From Candidatus Omnitrophota bacterium (GTDB lineage: Bacteria; Omnitrophota; Gorgyraeia; JAFGHF01): a stretch of 64,000 nucleotides of DNA. The notes under the pieces are model-generated. The model saw nothing but the letters and a program-made list of their open reading frames with translations. It did no database searches and was not told the DNA's origin. The stretch covers positions 1,474,607-1,538,606 of the forward strand of contig CP070837.1 in the NCBI GenBank assembly GCA_020341815.1, in the 5' to 3' direction. Below, piece by piece: positions 29,580 to 39,925 of the stretch (within the stretch, counting starts at the first letter, position 1; each line of letters starts with the position of its first letter). Made by a program: the position numbers and the translations under genes.

Positions 29580-30633
29580 AAAGGAACAAATCTTTCTTTC
29601 AAATATTTACCAAAAATTGTTATTCCATAAAGGGCGAGGCAAAGGCCATCTTTTGAGTTATCTTAAGAATCGAATTCAATGGTATTGGTATCCTCCCCTT
29701 GGAATTGTTTCTCATTTTCCCCCTCATATTGATATAGAGATTTCGACACATTGCAATATGCATTGCCCAATGTGCCCTAGAAGGACTGAAAAGTTTAAGC
29801 AGCTCATAAAAGATCAATTTATGGAAAAGAGAATATTTGAAAAAATAATAGAAGAATGCGCTAAACACAAATTATTTTCAATCCGCTTGAGTCTAAGAGG
29901 CGAATCCTTTATGCATCCTCAAATTTTCGATTTTATTGAATTGATAAAGAAGACTGGAATAAAAGAGGTGGCCTCATTAACAAATGGTTTAGCTTTGACA
30001 CCGGGGAAATTTGAAAGGTTGGTTCAGCTTAAGTTTGACTGGTTGACTATATCCGTCGATGGTTTAGGTTCCACTTATGAATCAATAAGGAAGCCGGCTA
30101 AATTCAAGGAAGCTTTTGAAAAAATTAAAATTTATCACCAGATTAAAAAACGCTATAATTCTTCAAAACCAATGGTTAAAATTCAAGCTGTTTGGTCGGC
30201 GATTAAAGACAACCCTGAAGAATTTTATAGAACTTTTTCACCTTATGTCGATTTAATAGCTTCCAATCCGCTTATTGACTTTTCGCGTGCAAATAAACAT
30301 ATCGGGTACGACGAGAACTTTCAATGTCCATATCTATATCAGAGGATGGTTATCGCAGCCAACGGCTCGGTGCTTTTGTGTTCCTGCGATGATTACGGAG
30401 AATATATTATCGGTGACGTAAGGAATGAGTCTATCTATGAGATTTGGCATGGCCGGAAGATGAACGCAGCGCGAAAGTGGTTTAAAAAGGGAAACAGGGT
30501 CTGGCGGGAAAATGCGCCTTGCAAATATTGCTTTTATCCCAGAAAAAAAGAAAAAGCGGAAGATGCTCTGATTGAAGGGCGCAAGGTAGCGGTAGAGAGA
30601 TATGTTAACCGGCGCGAAGACGTACTTGTATGA
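29569..30633 (+). CDS. Radical SAM protein with SPASM/Twitch domain
   Basis: 'CNMHCPMC', 'LRGE', and C-terminal 'CPYLY...CSCD...CKYC'. Confidence 0.88.
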   Translation: MKIEKEQIFLSNIYQKLLFHKGRGKGHLLSYLKNRIQWYWYPPLGIVSHFPPHIDIEISTHCNMHCPMCPRRTEKFKQLIKDQFMEKRIFEKIIEECAKHKLFSIRLSLRGESFMHPQIFDFIELIKKTGIKEVASLTNGLALTPGKFERLVQLKFDWLTISVDGLGSTYESIRKPAKFKEAFEKIKIYHQIKKRYNSSKPMVKIQAVWSAIKDNPEEFYRTFSPYVDLIASNPLIDFSRANKHIGYDENFQCPYLYQRMVIAANGSVLLCSCDDYGEYIIGDVRNESIYEIWHGRKMNAARKWFKKGNRVWRENAPCKYCFYPRKKEKAEDALIEGRKVAVERYVNRREDVLV

Positions 30634-30667
30634 TGCAGACAAAAATAAAAAATGAAGAGGCAGGTCA

Positions 30668-31711
30668 ATGAGAGATAAAGTTAGCATTAATAACAGACAT
30701 ATAGGAAAAGGCCACCCGTGTTATATTATTTTAGAAGCAGGAGTAAACTTTGATGATATAATAGAAGCCAAGAAATTGATTGATTCCGGAGTTCGCCTGG
30801 GGGCGGACTGCATTAAGTTTCAAACATTCCATGCCCAGACGACAGTAATTGAAGGAACAAGCTTAAAAGACGGCAGAGGAATTATAGACCAGCATAAGGA
30901 GTTTACAGAAAGCCAGGAGAAGCAGACAGAGGACTTTCAAAAGAAGTTATTTGCATATGCCAAGAGCAAAGATATAACGGCCTTTTCCACCCCCAGCCAC
31001 TTTAACGATGTTGATTTGCTGGAAAGGATTGCCGATCCCCCAGCCTATAAACTTGGCTCTGACGATTTAACTAATATCCCCTTGCTAAAATACATAGCCC
31101 GGTTGAAGAAGCCAATGATAATTTCATCAGGAGTTTCTTATCTGTCAGAGATAGACACTGCCATCAGGGCGATAAGAGAAGAGGGTAATGACAATATTGT
31201 CTTATTGCACTGTATTTCACAATATCCGGCAAGACCTGAAGATATGAATTTGAGGGCGATGCAGACATTAATCAATACTTTTGATTTGCCTGTTGGTTTG
31301 AGCGACCATACAATGACAAGCTCGATTTCTCTTGCTGCCGTTGCCCTGGGCGCCTGCGTTATCGAAAGACATTTTACTTTAAATAGAGAGTCTCCGGGGC
31401 CGGATAATTTTTTCTCCATGCTGCCTGAAGAGATGGCATTGATTATTAAGGGTATCCGCGAGATTGAGACGGCCTTGGGCTCGCCCTATAAAAAGATTGC
31501 CGGGGCCGAAAAAGACATGCGTCCGGTATTCAAGAAATCAATATACGCCATACGTAATATTAGAGAAGGAGAAATGATTACAGAAAAAAATGTAGATATC
31601 TTAAGGCCGGCAGGAGGGATAGAGCCGAGATTATTGCAACATATTTACGGAATGAGAGTAAGAAGGGATATGTCGGCCGGCGAGCCGCTTACCTGGGAGT
31701 GTTTTAAGTAA
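30668..31711 (+). CDS. NeuB-family nonulosonic acid synthase with SAF domain (paralog 1)
   Basis: 'EAGVN', 'KFQT', 'LHCISQYP', 'SDHT', 'ERHFT', 'RPAGG'. Confidence 0.9.
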   Translation: MRDKVSINNRHIGKGHPCYIILEAGVNFDDIIEAKKLIDSGVRLGADCIKFQTFHAQTTVIEGTSLKDGRGIIDQHKEFTESQEKQTEDFQKKLFAYAKSKDITAFSTPSHFNDVDLLERIADPPAYKLGSDDLTNIPLLKYIARLKKPMIISSGVSYLSEIDTAIRAIREEGNDNIVLLHCISQYPARPEDMNLRAMQTLINTFDLPVGLSDHTMTSSISLAAVALGACVIERHFTLNRESPGPDNFFSMLPEEMALIIKGIREIETALGSPYKKIAGAEKDMRPVFKKSIYAIRNIREGEMITEKNVDILRPAGGIEPRLLQHIYGMRVRRDMSAGEPLTWECFK

Positions 31712-31712
31712 A

Positions 31713-33428
31713 ATGAATATACTTCTCGTAAATTTGCCATCGTTATCCTTTTCGTTATTGGACGAATCGCTAAGAAATAAAGAGGTTCTGGAAAGTCCGG
31801 TAATATTGCAAATGCCATTAAGCTTGCTTTATCTTTCCTCTTATGCGCGCAGATATGCCAAGCGGGATTTTAACTTGAAACTGCTTGATATTAATAAAGA
31901 GGTTTTTGAGATATTCAAGGAAAGAAAGATGTCGCTTGAGCCCCGGACTAATGAAGGGATACGTGAACGATTTAATTCCATCGTTTCTCAGGCAGTATCG
32001 GACTTCCGGCCGTCTATTGTGGGCATTAATATATTATATGCAACATCCCAGAATACGGGTATTTTTGTCTCTGGAGTATTCCGAAAACTATGTCCCGAGG
32101 CATATATTATAGGCGGCGGGATCCAGGCCACCAATACCTATCGGGAGATATTAAATAAAGGAAGTTTCGATGCCATCGTCCGCGGCGAAGGCGAGATACC
32201 TTTTACCGAATTGATTGATAGCTATAGACCGGAAAAGAAAGAATACCCGATTAGGGGTATCGTAAACCGGATAGACCTTAAGGGAAACAGCAATGACACA
32301 AAAGCAGAGATGGTCGAGGAGTTAGATGAAATTCCTTTTCCAGCCTGGGATTTGCTGGAAGGTCTCGATGACTATATAACTCAGCCAGTTCGCATAAAAG
32401 CCTTATTAGATAATTCTATAAGAGCAATGCCCATTCTTACGACTCGGGGATGCCCGAAGAGATGTTCTTTCTGTGCCTCGCATACGGTGCACGGCCGCAA
32501 AATCAGATCGAGGTCTTTAGAAAATATCTATGAGGAAATTGAAACTATGATTGCAAAGTTTCACATCAATACATTATTTATCGAAGACGACCTTTTTACA
32601 TATGACAGGCAAAGAACCGTAGATTTTTGCCGGGAAGCCATAAAAAGAAATTGGAACTTAAGAATTGAGTTTCCCAATGGGGTTGCGATTTGGACTTTGG
32701 ATGAAGTTTCGATCGATAGCTTAATAAAAGCAGGGACAAAGGTTATTAATATAGCAGTAGAATCCGGCAGTCCCTATGTCCAAAAGCAGATTATTAGGAA
32801 AAATCTTAACCTGGACCATGTCCGCCGAGTGGCGGAGATTATTTCCCGCTATCCCGATATTGAAAGCAGGTCTTTATATGTTATTGGCTTTCCCGGTGAG
32901 CGACAGGAGCATATCGAGCAGACAATGAAGTTTGCCAGATCAATGCCTTGCGACTGGAGTGTTTTTCACATAGCAATGCCGGTGCCCGGCAGCGATCTTT
33001 TTGAGGAATATCTGTCGTTAGGCTACATCAGTCGAGACAGCAATTTCGATGATTTCTGCAAAACATACCTAAACAGGAATTTTGACACTAAGGAATTTTC
33101 TAAGGAAGAAATGGAGGAAATACAAAGCGACTTAAACATAAAAATAAATTTTCTATCAAACAGGAATATCCTAAGGGGGAATTACAAAAAGGCCCTTTCT
33201 CTCTTTCAAAAGATTATCGAGGATTATCCCTTTCATGTCATAGCAAGATATTGCCTATGGAACTGTTTGAGAGCCTTAAAGATGCATAAAGAGGCACAAG
33301 AAGAATTAAACTCCATTTTTTACTGGATTAAAAACGATGAAAAATCTCAAAGGCTTTACGATAAATACAAGTCACTTTTAGAAATACCGGAAGATCTCCT
33401 CAATGCTAAAGATGGATCTAATCTATGA
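31713..33428 (+). CDS. Cobalamin-binding radical SAM protein with TPR-like C-terminus
   Basis: 'PLSLLYL', 'IGGG', 'GEGE', 'TTRGCPKRCSFC', 'AVESGS'. Confidence 0.9.
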   Translation: MNILLVNLPSLSFSLLDESLRNKEVLESPVILQMPLSLLYLSSYARRYAKRDFNLKLLDINKEVFEIFKERKMSLEPRTNEGIRERFNSIVSQAVSDFRPSIVGINILYATSQNTGIFVSGVFRKLCPEAYIIGGGIQATNTYREILNKGSFDAIVRGEGEIPFTELIDSYRPEKKEYPIRGIVNRIDLKGNSNDTKAEMVEELDEIPFPAWDLLEGLDDYITQPVRIKALLDNSIRAMPILTTRGCPKRCSFCASHTVHGRKIRSRSLENIYEEIETMIAKFHINTLFIEDDLFTYDRQRTVDFCREAIKRNWNLRIEFPNGVAIWTLDEVSIDSLIKAGTKVINIAVESGSPYVQKQIIRKNLNLDHVRRVAEIISRYPDIESRSLYVIGFPGERQEHIEQTMKFARSMPCDWSVFHIAMPVPGSDLFEEYLSLGYISRDSNFDDFCKTYLNRNFDTKEFSKEEMEEIQSDLNIKINFLSNRNILRGNYKKALSLFQKIIEDYPFHVIARYCLWNCLRALKMHKEAQEELNSIFYWIKNDEKSQRLYDKYKSLLEIPEDLLNAKDGSNL

Positions 33429-35278
33429 ACATCGCCATTATTGAATATAAAGAGAATATTGTAGAGGCCCTCAAATATTTTCAACCGGAGAATACCCTTT
33501 TTCTGTCTGTAAGCGGCGAGGCGAGTTACTGTTTATCAAAACGAAATATCGATTTTATTACCGATGAGGAAAGGTTGAACCCGGAAGAATTTAAGGCCAT
33601 TGGCGATGAAAACTGCAAAATCTTGGAAAATTGGATTCAACGGCTTGAAGAAAGGTTACAATCAAAAAATTCATTATTTAAAAAGAAGCATTTTTTCCCT
33701 TTTAAGTGGCACTTTTATCGGCTGAAGATATTGCTGGATGCGGTAAGAATAAGAAAAATATTGATAGAGAGGCTGATCGAAAAAGAAAAGCCGTTATCGA
33801 TTGGCGCGCCTCCGGGTGCCGTGCCCCAGAGGATACACGACCACAATCTCTTTTTTCATAAATACGACTCTCTTTATGGAATATTGACGCAAAAGATTGC
33901 TGCTGAAAAAGGAATAGAAATCAAGGTATGGGCAAAGGTTGAGCCCGCCACTAAAAAGCCTCCTGTCGTTGAGGGAATAAAAGCCTCTTTAAGAACATTA
34001 CGGAAGGCCTTAAGAGTAGTATTGGAATCTAACGATTTACTTAAGCATAAGAGAATAAGGGGTAATATCTTGCTCGGTAATCTCTGCTACGATATTGCGC
34101 CACTAAGACAAAAACTCCTGGATAAGTTCAATTTCTATTATTATAAAGACCCTTTATGTATCAGGTCTTTGAGTTCTCTTCTAAAATTGAAACCAAAGAC
34201 GTCGGGTTGTGAGTTTCCCGAGATTGATATTAAAGGTATCTTTAAAGGCCTCCCGGCGACAGGGGATTCGATTGTGGATGAGATTTTAGGCGATAGAATA
34301 GAGAGTTATGCAGAAAGTTTTATTCCTGTTTTATGGAAAGGATTGAATTATTTAGAATCCTTAGATGACCGAAAAGATTTTAAGGCATATATTCATCATG
34401 TTGGAGCATCCGATGCATTTTACGGCCTTCCGGTATATTATTTTGAACGAAAAAAGAAGCCCGTTGTTATTGTTCAGCACGGGACATATGGATTTGTTTT
34501 AAATCAAAATAATAATTTTTGCGAATTCGGCCATAACGGATATTTCCTTGCCTGGGGCGAGGGCGTAAAGGAAGTATATGATGAGCGTAAAAAGGGTAGT
34601 TGTAAAATTATTTCTACGGGTTCGCCTTTGATTGAAGAGATTAAGAAAAAGAGTAAACCGCGAAGGACCATATCTAAAATCTGCTATATCCCCGGCACCT
34701 ACAGAGGTTACACTGCTTATTATCCAAATGGCCAGCCTTGCCTGGACTCAAAGATATTTATTGTGGAAACCAATTTCCTATCGGCTTTGAGGCCTTACGT
34801 AGGAAGATATGACATAATCTATAAAGTAGCCCCTTGGGCCGTCAAAGAATCTGGCGTCTTTGGGAGAAACCCGATGCTTATGTGGATGAGAGAAAATCTG
34901 CCCACGGTAAGAATAGAATCGCGTCCTCTTACATCTGTAATTCACGAATTTGACTTTTTCATTATTGATTTTCCCTCAACCACGCTTATTCAGGCCCTGG
35001 CATCAGGCGCAGAGGTCTTGGTCTATGCTGGAAATCGATGCTATACTTTAGAGGATAATACTCTTGAAATGCTGAGAAAAAGAGCCGTAGTAGCTTGTAA
35101 CGAAGATGACTTCAAAGATAAGATAAAATTGATTTTGGATAAAGGTATAGTGACCTCGAATGTGAAAGATGCTTCTTTTTTGGAAAAATACGGCATACAC
35201 CTTAATAATGGCGAATCCTTAAAGCGCATGGCAGATGAAGTTAATGCTTCCGTGTCGAATCTGAGGATGAACGCATAG
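33425..35278 (+). CDS. Large GT-B-like surface carbohydrate biosynthesis protein (candidate nonulosonate transferase)
   Basis: 'VVIVQHGTY', 'FLAWG' and 'IDFPSTTLIQAL' resemble the C-terminal Rossmann domain of sialyltransferase/capsule proteins. Lies next to neuB. Confidence 0.5.
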   Translation: MNIAIIEYKENIVEALKYFQPENTLFLSVSGEASYCLSKRNIDFITDEERLNPEEFKAIGDENCKILENWIQRLEERLQSKNSLFKKKHFFPFKWHFYRLKILLDAVRIRKILIERLIEKEKPLSIGAPPGAVPQRIHDHNLFFHKYDSLYGILTQKIAAEKGIEIKVWAKVEPATKKPPVVEGIKASLRTLRKALRVVLESNDLLKHKRIRGNILLGNLCYDIAPLRQKLLDKFNFYYYKDPLCIRSLSSLLKLKPKTSGCEFPEIDIKGIFKGLPATGDSIVDEILGDRIESYAESFIPVLWKGLNYLESLDDRKDFKAYIHHVGASDAFYGLPVYYFERKKKPVVIVQHGTYGFVLNQNNNFCEFGHNGYFLAWGEGVKEVYDERKKGSCKIISTGSPLIEEIKKKSKPRRTISKICYIPGTYRGYTAYYPNGQPCLDSKIFIVETNFLSALRPYVGRYDIIYKVAPWAVKESGVFGRNPMLMWMRENLPTVRIESRPLTSVIHEFDFFIIDFPSTTLIQALASGAEVLVYAGNRCYTLEDNTLEMLRKRAVVACNEDDFKDKIKLILDKGIVTSNVKDASFLEKYGIHLNNGESLKRMADEVNASVSNLRMNA

Positions 35279-35285
35279 AAAGCTT

Positions 35286-37145
35286 ATGTTAGATACCGAG
35301 AAAGAATATATTGCAGTATTTGGAGAAGATATATTGGATGGCCTCTGCCTCATTTTATGGGGGTGGCTTAGGAATATAAAAATGATAGTTATTTCTTCGC
35401 CTATGCCTTCCCGCATAACGGATATTTTTAAACGCACGTCCTTCATTAGAAAATATATGAAGAAATCGATTAAAGAGCATAAGAGGGGTTTGGGTAATTA
35501 TAAGGGGCTATGGTATAAGGTAAATGAGGAAGTCATAGATTTGACACTAAGATTTTATGATTGGCGCCTAAAACATAAAAGTAATCTTATTAGTTATTAT
35601 AATAGAGTTCTAACTACCGATAAATTTGAGGCTTATATCAAAAGAAATCTTGCAAATCAAATATTTGCCTTATTGAAATATTTACATCTTGCGAGAATAT
35701 CAAACATTAAGCAAAACAAAATTTTAATAAATAGAAATCCTATTAATGAGTTCGTTGTTGGGTACTTCCAGGATAAATATAAAATTAAATATCAAATAAG
35801 GTGGATTTCATCCGGCTGGCGGGCGTTTGCTTTAGGGGCATATTACGGGTGGCTGTTTAAGCAATGTATCTACAGGGGAATCGTTTTTAATAAAGATAGA
35901 AAAGAATATAAGATATCCAAAGAGGCTGCCTGGGGTTTTTACCAGCCGACATTAAGAGACGATATATTAATAGATAATGATAAATTTAAAAAGAGCGATA
36001 TTTTGATATTAAACTTTAATACAGAACACTCTCCGCGCCTTGAGGCCTTTGAAGAAGCAAAGAAAAGAGGCTTTGCCACCGCTTCCGTTGAAAAGTTGAA
36101 AATCAATATAAACAAAAATATTTTTAGCATCCTGTTCTTCTATCTTTGGGTTCCCGTTAACGTCTATTTTCAATTGCTTTTAAGCAGACAATTATACCTT
36201 TTCTATTACATAATTATGTTTCATAAAGGAGCTTTTCCTGTTGAAATATTAATGAACTCTTATCACATTAAGTGCCACATCTCGGTTATTACTTATGACG
36301 ATATTGCAACAACGATTATTTTAAACAAATACAGGACGAAAAATGTAATTTTTCATTGGAGCGATATGACTTGTTATAAAGGCTATGGATATGCTTTTAT
36401 CGCGCATAATATCTATTTTACCTGGGGTAATATTCATTATGATTATCACGCCGATTATTATTTTGTGGATAAGAAAATCAATACTGGCTGTATATTTAAG
36501 AGAGAATATAATAAGACAGTAGAAAATAGAGAAAGGACAATTAAACGTTTACCCGGTTTTAAAGAAGAAAAGAAGACCGTTATATTCTTTGATTCATCTT
36601 TTAATAATGCCTTCCGTTTTACCGAAGAATTCTTTTTAGAATATTTAGAAATCATAAAAGAATTTTGTAAAAAGAATAAGGATGTTAATGTATTTTTGAA
36701 GCCAAAATCTGAGATGGATAAGTTAAGAATATCCCAGGATAACTACAGTCGATATAAAAAAATATGGAATGAACTTATAAGTTGTGAAAGTTTTATCTAT
36801 CTGAATCCGATAGAATGGAGCGTTGAACAGGCCCTCTCTATATCGGATATTTGCATAAATATGGGAATGAACAGCCCTTCTACGATAGCATTGATATTCG
36901 GTAAAGACGCCCTTTATTACGATAATACAGGCATTACGTCTCATCCCTTTGCTGAAAAGTATATGAATAAAATAGTATTTGAAGATAAAAACCGGCTCTT
37001 TGCGCAGATAAATAACATCTTAAATGGAAGCTTCAGTTGCAAAGATGTTATCAGCGAAGGAGAAATTAGAGAATACGATGCGTTCGAAGATGATGAGGCC
37101 ATGGAAAGGCTAAGGAGCGGTTTATCCGAATTATCAACCGATTAA
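35286..37145 (+). CDS. Large GT-B-like polysaccharide biosynthesis protein (candidate nonulosonate transferase)
   Basis: 'YFTWG', 'IFFDSS', 'FLKPK', 'DICINMGMNSPSTIAL..GK.ALYYD'. Directly upstream of the leg block. Confidence 0.5.
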   Translation: MLDTEKEYIAVFGEDILDGLCLILWGWLRNIKMIVISSPMPSRITDIFKRTSFIRKYMKKSIKEHKRGLGNYKGLWYKVNEEVIDLTLRFYDWRLKHKSNLISYYNRVLTTDKFEAYIKRNLANQIFALLKYLHLARISNIKQNKILINRNPINEFVVGYFQDKYKIKYQIRWISSGWRAFALGAYYGWLFKQCIYRGIVFNKDRKEYKISKEAAWGFYQPTLRDDILIDNDKFKKSDILILNFNTEHSPRLEAFEEAKKRGFATASVEKLKININKNIFSILFFYLWVPVNVYFQLLLSRQLYLFYYIIMFHKGAFPVEILMNSYHIKCHISVITYDDIATTIILNKYRTKNVIFHWSDMTCYKGYGYAFIAHNIYFTWGNIHYDYHADYYFVDKKINTGCIFKREYNKTVENRERTIKRLPGFKEEKKTVIFFDSSFNNAFRFTEEFFLEYLEIIKEFCKKNKDVNVFLKPKSEMDKLRISQDNYSRYKKIWNELISCESFIYLNPIEWSVEQALSISDICINMGMNSPSTIALIFGKDALYYDNTGITSHPFAEKYMNKIVFEDKNRLFAQINNILNGSFSCKDVISEGEIREYDAFEDDEAMERLRSGLSELSTD

Positions 37146-37164
37146 AAATTGAGGTTTTGACCCC

Positions 37165-38163
37165 ATGGATTTAAAAGGAAAGAAAATACTCATCACAGGT
37201 TCGGAGGGATTTATAGGAAGCCATCTTGTTGAGAGGCTCTTGCAGGAGGATTGCGAAATCAGAGCTTTTGTTTATTACAATTTCTCCAATTCCTGGGGCT
37301 GGCTCGATAGTTTGCATAGGGATGAATTAAACAAAATAGAAATTTTTACAGGAGATATAAGAGACGTCAATAGGGTCAAGGCAGCGGTAAAGGCAACAGA
37401 TGCCGTATTTCATTTGGCAGCATTAATAGGCATTCCCTACAGTTACGATTCTCCGGATCATTATGTAGAGACGAATATAAAAGGCACGCTTAATATTTTA
37501 CAGGCATCAATGGATTCAAGGGTGGAGAAGATTTTGGTTACTTCTACATCCGAAGTTTATGGAACCGCTAAATATGTTCCTATAGATGAAAAACATCCGA
37601 AGCAAGGACAATCGCCTTATTCGGCAACGAAGATAGGGGCAGATTTCATAGCAGAATCGTTTTACAGAAGTTTTGATTTGCCTGTGGTAATAGCAAGACC
37701 TTTTAACACTTACGGACCCCGTCAATCCGCCCGGGCAGTAATACCGGCGATAATAACTCAGCTTTTATCGGGGAAAAAAGAGATAAAGCTTGGAGCTTTG
37801 CATCCGAAGAGGGATTTGGTCTATGTAAAGGATGCGGTTGAGGCATTTATGCAGATAGCCAAATCAGACAAAATCATCGGAGAAGAGATAAATATTGCCT
37901 CGCAGACAGAGATATCCATCGGTGAGCTTGCTCAGAAGCTGATAAGCATGATTAACCCCGAAGCCAGAGTAGTAAAGGACCAGATGAGGCTAAGGCCCCG
38001 GCAGAGCGAAGTCGAAAGACTGCTGGGAAGCAACGAAAAAATAATGAGACTGACAAATTGGAAGCCAAAGTATAGCTTAGATGAAGGGTTGAAAGAAACT
38101 ATCGAATGGTTTAAAAATAAGGAAAATCTCAAATTATATAAGTCGAATATTTACAATGTGTAA
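37165..38163 (+). CDS. legB: NDP-GlcNAc 4,6-dehydratase, LegB-like
   Basis: 'TGSEGFIGSH', 'YNFSNSWGWL', 'LAALIGIPYSY', 'YSATK', 'GPRQSARAVIP'. Confidence 0.85.
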   Translation: MDLKGKKILITGSEGFIGSHLVERLLQEDCEIRAFVYYNFSNSWGWLDSLHRDELNKIEIFTGDIRDVNRVKAAVKATDAVFHLAALIGIPYSYDSPDHYVETNIKGTLNILQASMDSRVEKILVTSTSEVYGTAKYVPIDEKHPKQGQSPYSATKIGADFIAESFYRSFDLPVVIARPFNTYGPRQSARAVIPAIITQLLSGKKEIKLGALHPKRDLVYVKDAVEAFMQIAKSDKIIGEEINIASQTEISIGELAQKLISMINPEARVVKDQMRLRPRQSEVERLLGSNEKIMRLTNWKPKYSLDEGLKETIEWFKNKENLKLYKSNIYNV

Positions 38164-39253
38164 GCAAATTTACTTAGACGCTCCAAATGTCGGAGAATTA
38201 GAAAAGAAATACCTAATTAAAGCAGTGGACAGTGATTATGTTTCGACTATAGGGCCTTATGTGCCGGAATTCGAAGATATATTTGCCTGCTATTTAGGTA
38301 TAAACAGGGCTGTATCGATTCAAAGTGGAACCGGAGCTATCCATATTGCCCTGCATGAACTTAAGGTAAGCAGGGGTGATGAAGTGATTGTTCCTTGTCT
38401 GACATTTGTCGCATCGGTAAATCCTGTTATATATGTAGGAGCAAAACCTGTTTTTGTGGATGTGGATGATAGAACATGGAATATCGATCCCAAAGAGATT
38501 GAAAAAAGCATAACTAAAAGAACTAAAGCGATAATACCCGTTCATTTTTATGGAAACCCCTGCAATATGGATGAGATAATGCGTATTGCAAAAAAATATA
38601 ATCTTTACGTTATAGAAGATGCCGCAGAGAGCTTAGGGGCCAGGTATAGAGACAGATACACCGGGACATTTGGAGATTTGGGGTGTTTCAGTTTTAACGG
38701 AAATAAAATCATTACTACAGGCGGGGGAGGAATGGTTGTAGGAAACAATGCAGACAGGTTAAAACATATAAAATTTCTTGTAAATCAGGGACAAGATAAG
38801 ACAAAAGGATATTATTATCCGGAGATCGGATTTAACTATAGAATGACAAACATAGAAGCAGCATTGGGTCTTGCTCAGATGGAGAAATTAGACAATTTTT
38901 TAACAAAGAAGAAGACATTTAATAAAATATACAGGGAAGAGCTCGGAGATATCGATATTATCCGATTTCAGGAAGAATATCAAAACGCAAAGAGTTCCTG
39001 GTGGTTAACATCCATTATTTTCGACAAAGATATAGACATTTCCGCATTACAAAAAAGATTAAAAGAAAAAGGCATTCCTGCAAGAAGGGTTTTTATGCCG
39101 GTTACAGAATCTGCGCCTTATAGGCAATATAAACAGGCAGACTTTGGAAATTCTTATCAAATTTATGAAAAAGGTTTATGTTTGCCAAGCTCCACATTAA
39201 ATTCTGAAGATAATATATATTATGTCTGTAGGATAATAAAAGAGTCAATTTAG
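38156..39253 (+). CDS. legC: LegC-family PLP aminotransferase
   Basis: 'EDAAESLG', 'SFNGNKIITTGGGG', 'GFNYRMTN'. Follows legB. Confidence 0.8.
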   Translation: MCKQIYLDAPNVGELEKKYLIKAVDSDYVSTIGPYVPEFEDIFACYLGINRAVSIQSGTGAIHIALHELKVSRGDEVIVPCLTFVASVNPVIYVGAKPVFVDVDDRTWNIDPKEIEKSITKRTKAIIPVHFYGNPCNMDEIMRIAKKYNLYVIEDAAESLGARYRDRYTGTFGDLGCFSFNGNKIITTGGGGMVVGNNADRLKHIKFLVNQGQDKTKGYYYPEIGFNYRMTNIEAALGLAQMEKLDNFLTKKKTFNKIYREELGDIDIIRFQEEYQNAKSSWWLTSIIFDKDIDISALQKRLKEKGIPARRVFMPVTESAPYRQYKQADFGNSYQIYEKGLCLPSSTLNSEDNIYYVCRIIKESI

Positions 39254-39265
39254 GATAAATTAGAA

Positions 39266-39925
39266 ATGAAAGAAGAGATTATTTTAATAGGCGGTGGCGG
39301 ACATTGTAAGGCGTGCATCGATGTAATAGAAGCCGAAAAAAGATTTAAAATAGCAGGAATAGTTGACTCGAAGAAAAAGGTTAATCAAAAAGTCCTCGGT
39401 TATAAGATAATCGCCTCTGATGAGGAAGTGGTGAAACTTGCTAAAGAATATAGACACTTTTTGATAACAATTGGACAAATAAAAAGTGTGGGTAAAAGAA
39501 TAGAAAAATTTGAACACTTAAAAAAAATTGGAGTGAATTTTCCAATAGTTGTTTCTCCATTTGCTTATGTTTCGAAATATTCAAGGATTGAGGAAGGAAC
39601 AATTATAATGCATAAAGCGTTTGTAAATTCCGATGCAAAAATCGGAAAGAATTGCATTATAAATACAGGAGCTATTATCGAACACGAAGCAAGCATAGGA
39701 GACCATTGCCACATTTCTACAAATAGCGTCATAAATGGGCAGTGTAGTATAGGAAGCAAGACATTTATAGGAAGCAATTGTGTCATAGTAAATAACATAA
39801 ACATTCCAGAGAATACAGTAATTGGAGCTGGTTCTGCCATTAAAAAATCCATTGGTAAAAGCGGAATCTATGTAGGAAACCTTTCAGGGAAATTTTCACG
39901 AGAATGCGTAAGACCTTTGTCATAG
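39266..39925 (+). CDS. NeuD/PglD-family hexapeptide-repeat acetyltransferase
   Basis: 'IGGGGH', left-handed beta-helix repeats, 'IIEHE'. Confidence 0.88.
   Translation: MKEEIILIGGGGHCKACIDVIEAEKRFKIAGIVDSKKKVNQKVLGYKIIASDEEVVKLAKEYRHFLITIGQIKSVGKRIEKFEHLKKIGVNFPIVVSPFAYVSKYSRIEEGTIIMHKAFVNSDAKIGKNCIINTGAIIEHEASIGDHCHISTNSVINGQCSIGSKTFIGSNCVIVNNINIPENTVIGAGSAIKKSIGKSGIYVGNLSGKFSRECVRPLS

Noticed and set aside
27286-30671. RiPP cluster (MNIO + SPASM radical SAM)
   Set aside because: No plausible precursor peptide, RRE/PqqD domain or peptidase-transporter is present. The only nearby mini-ORF is 13 aa and has no Cys.
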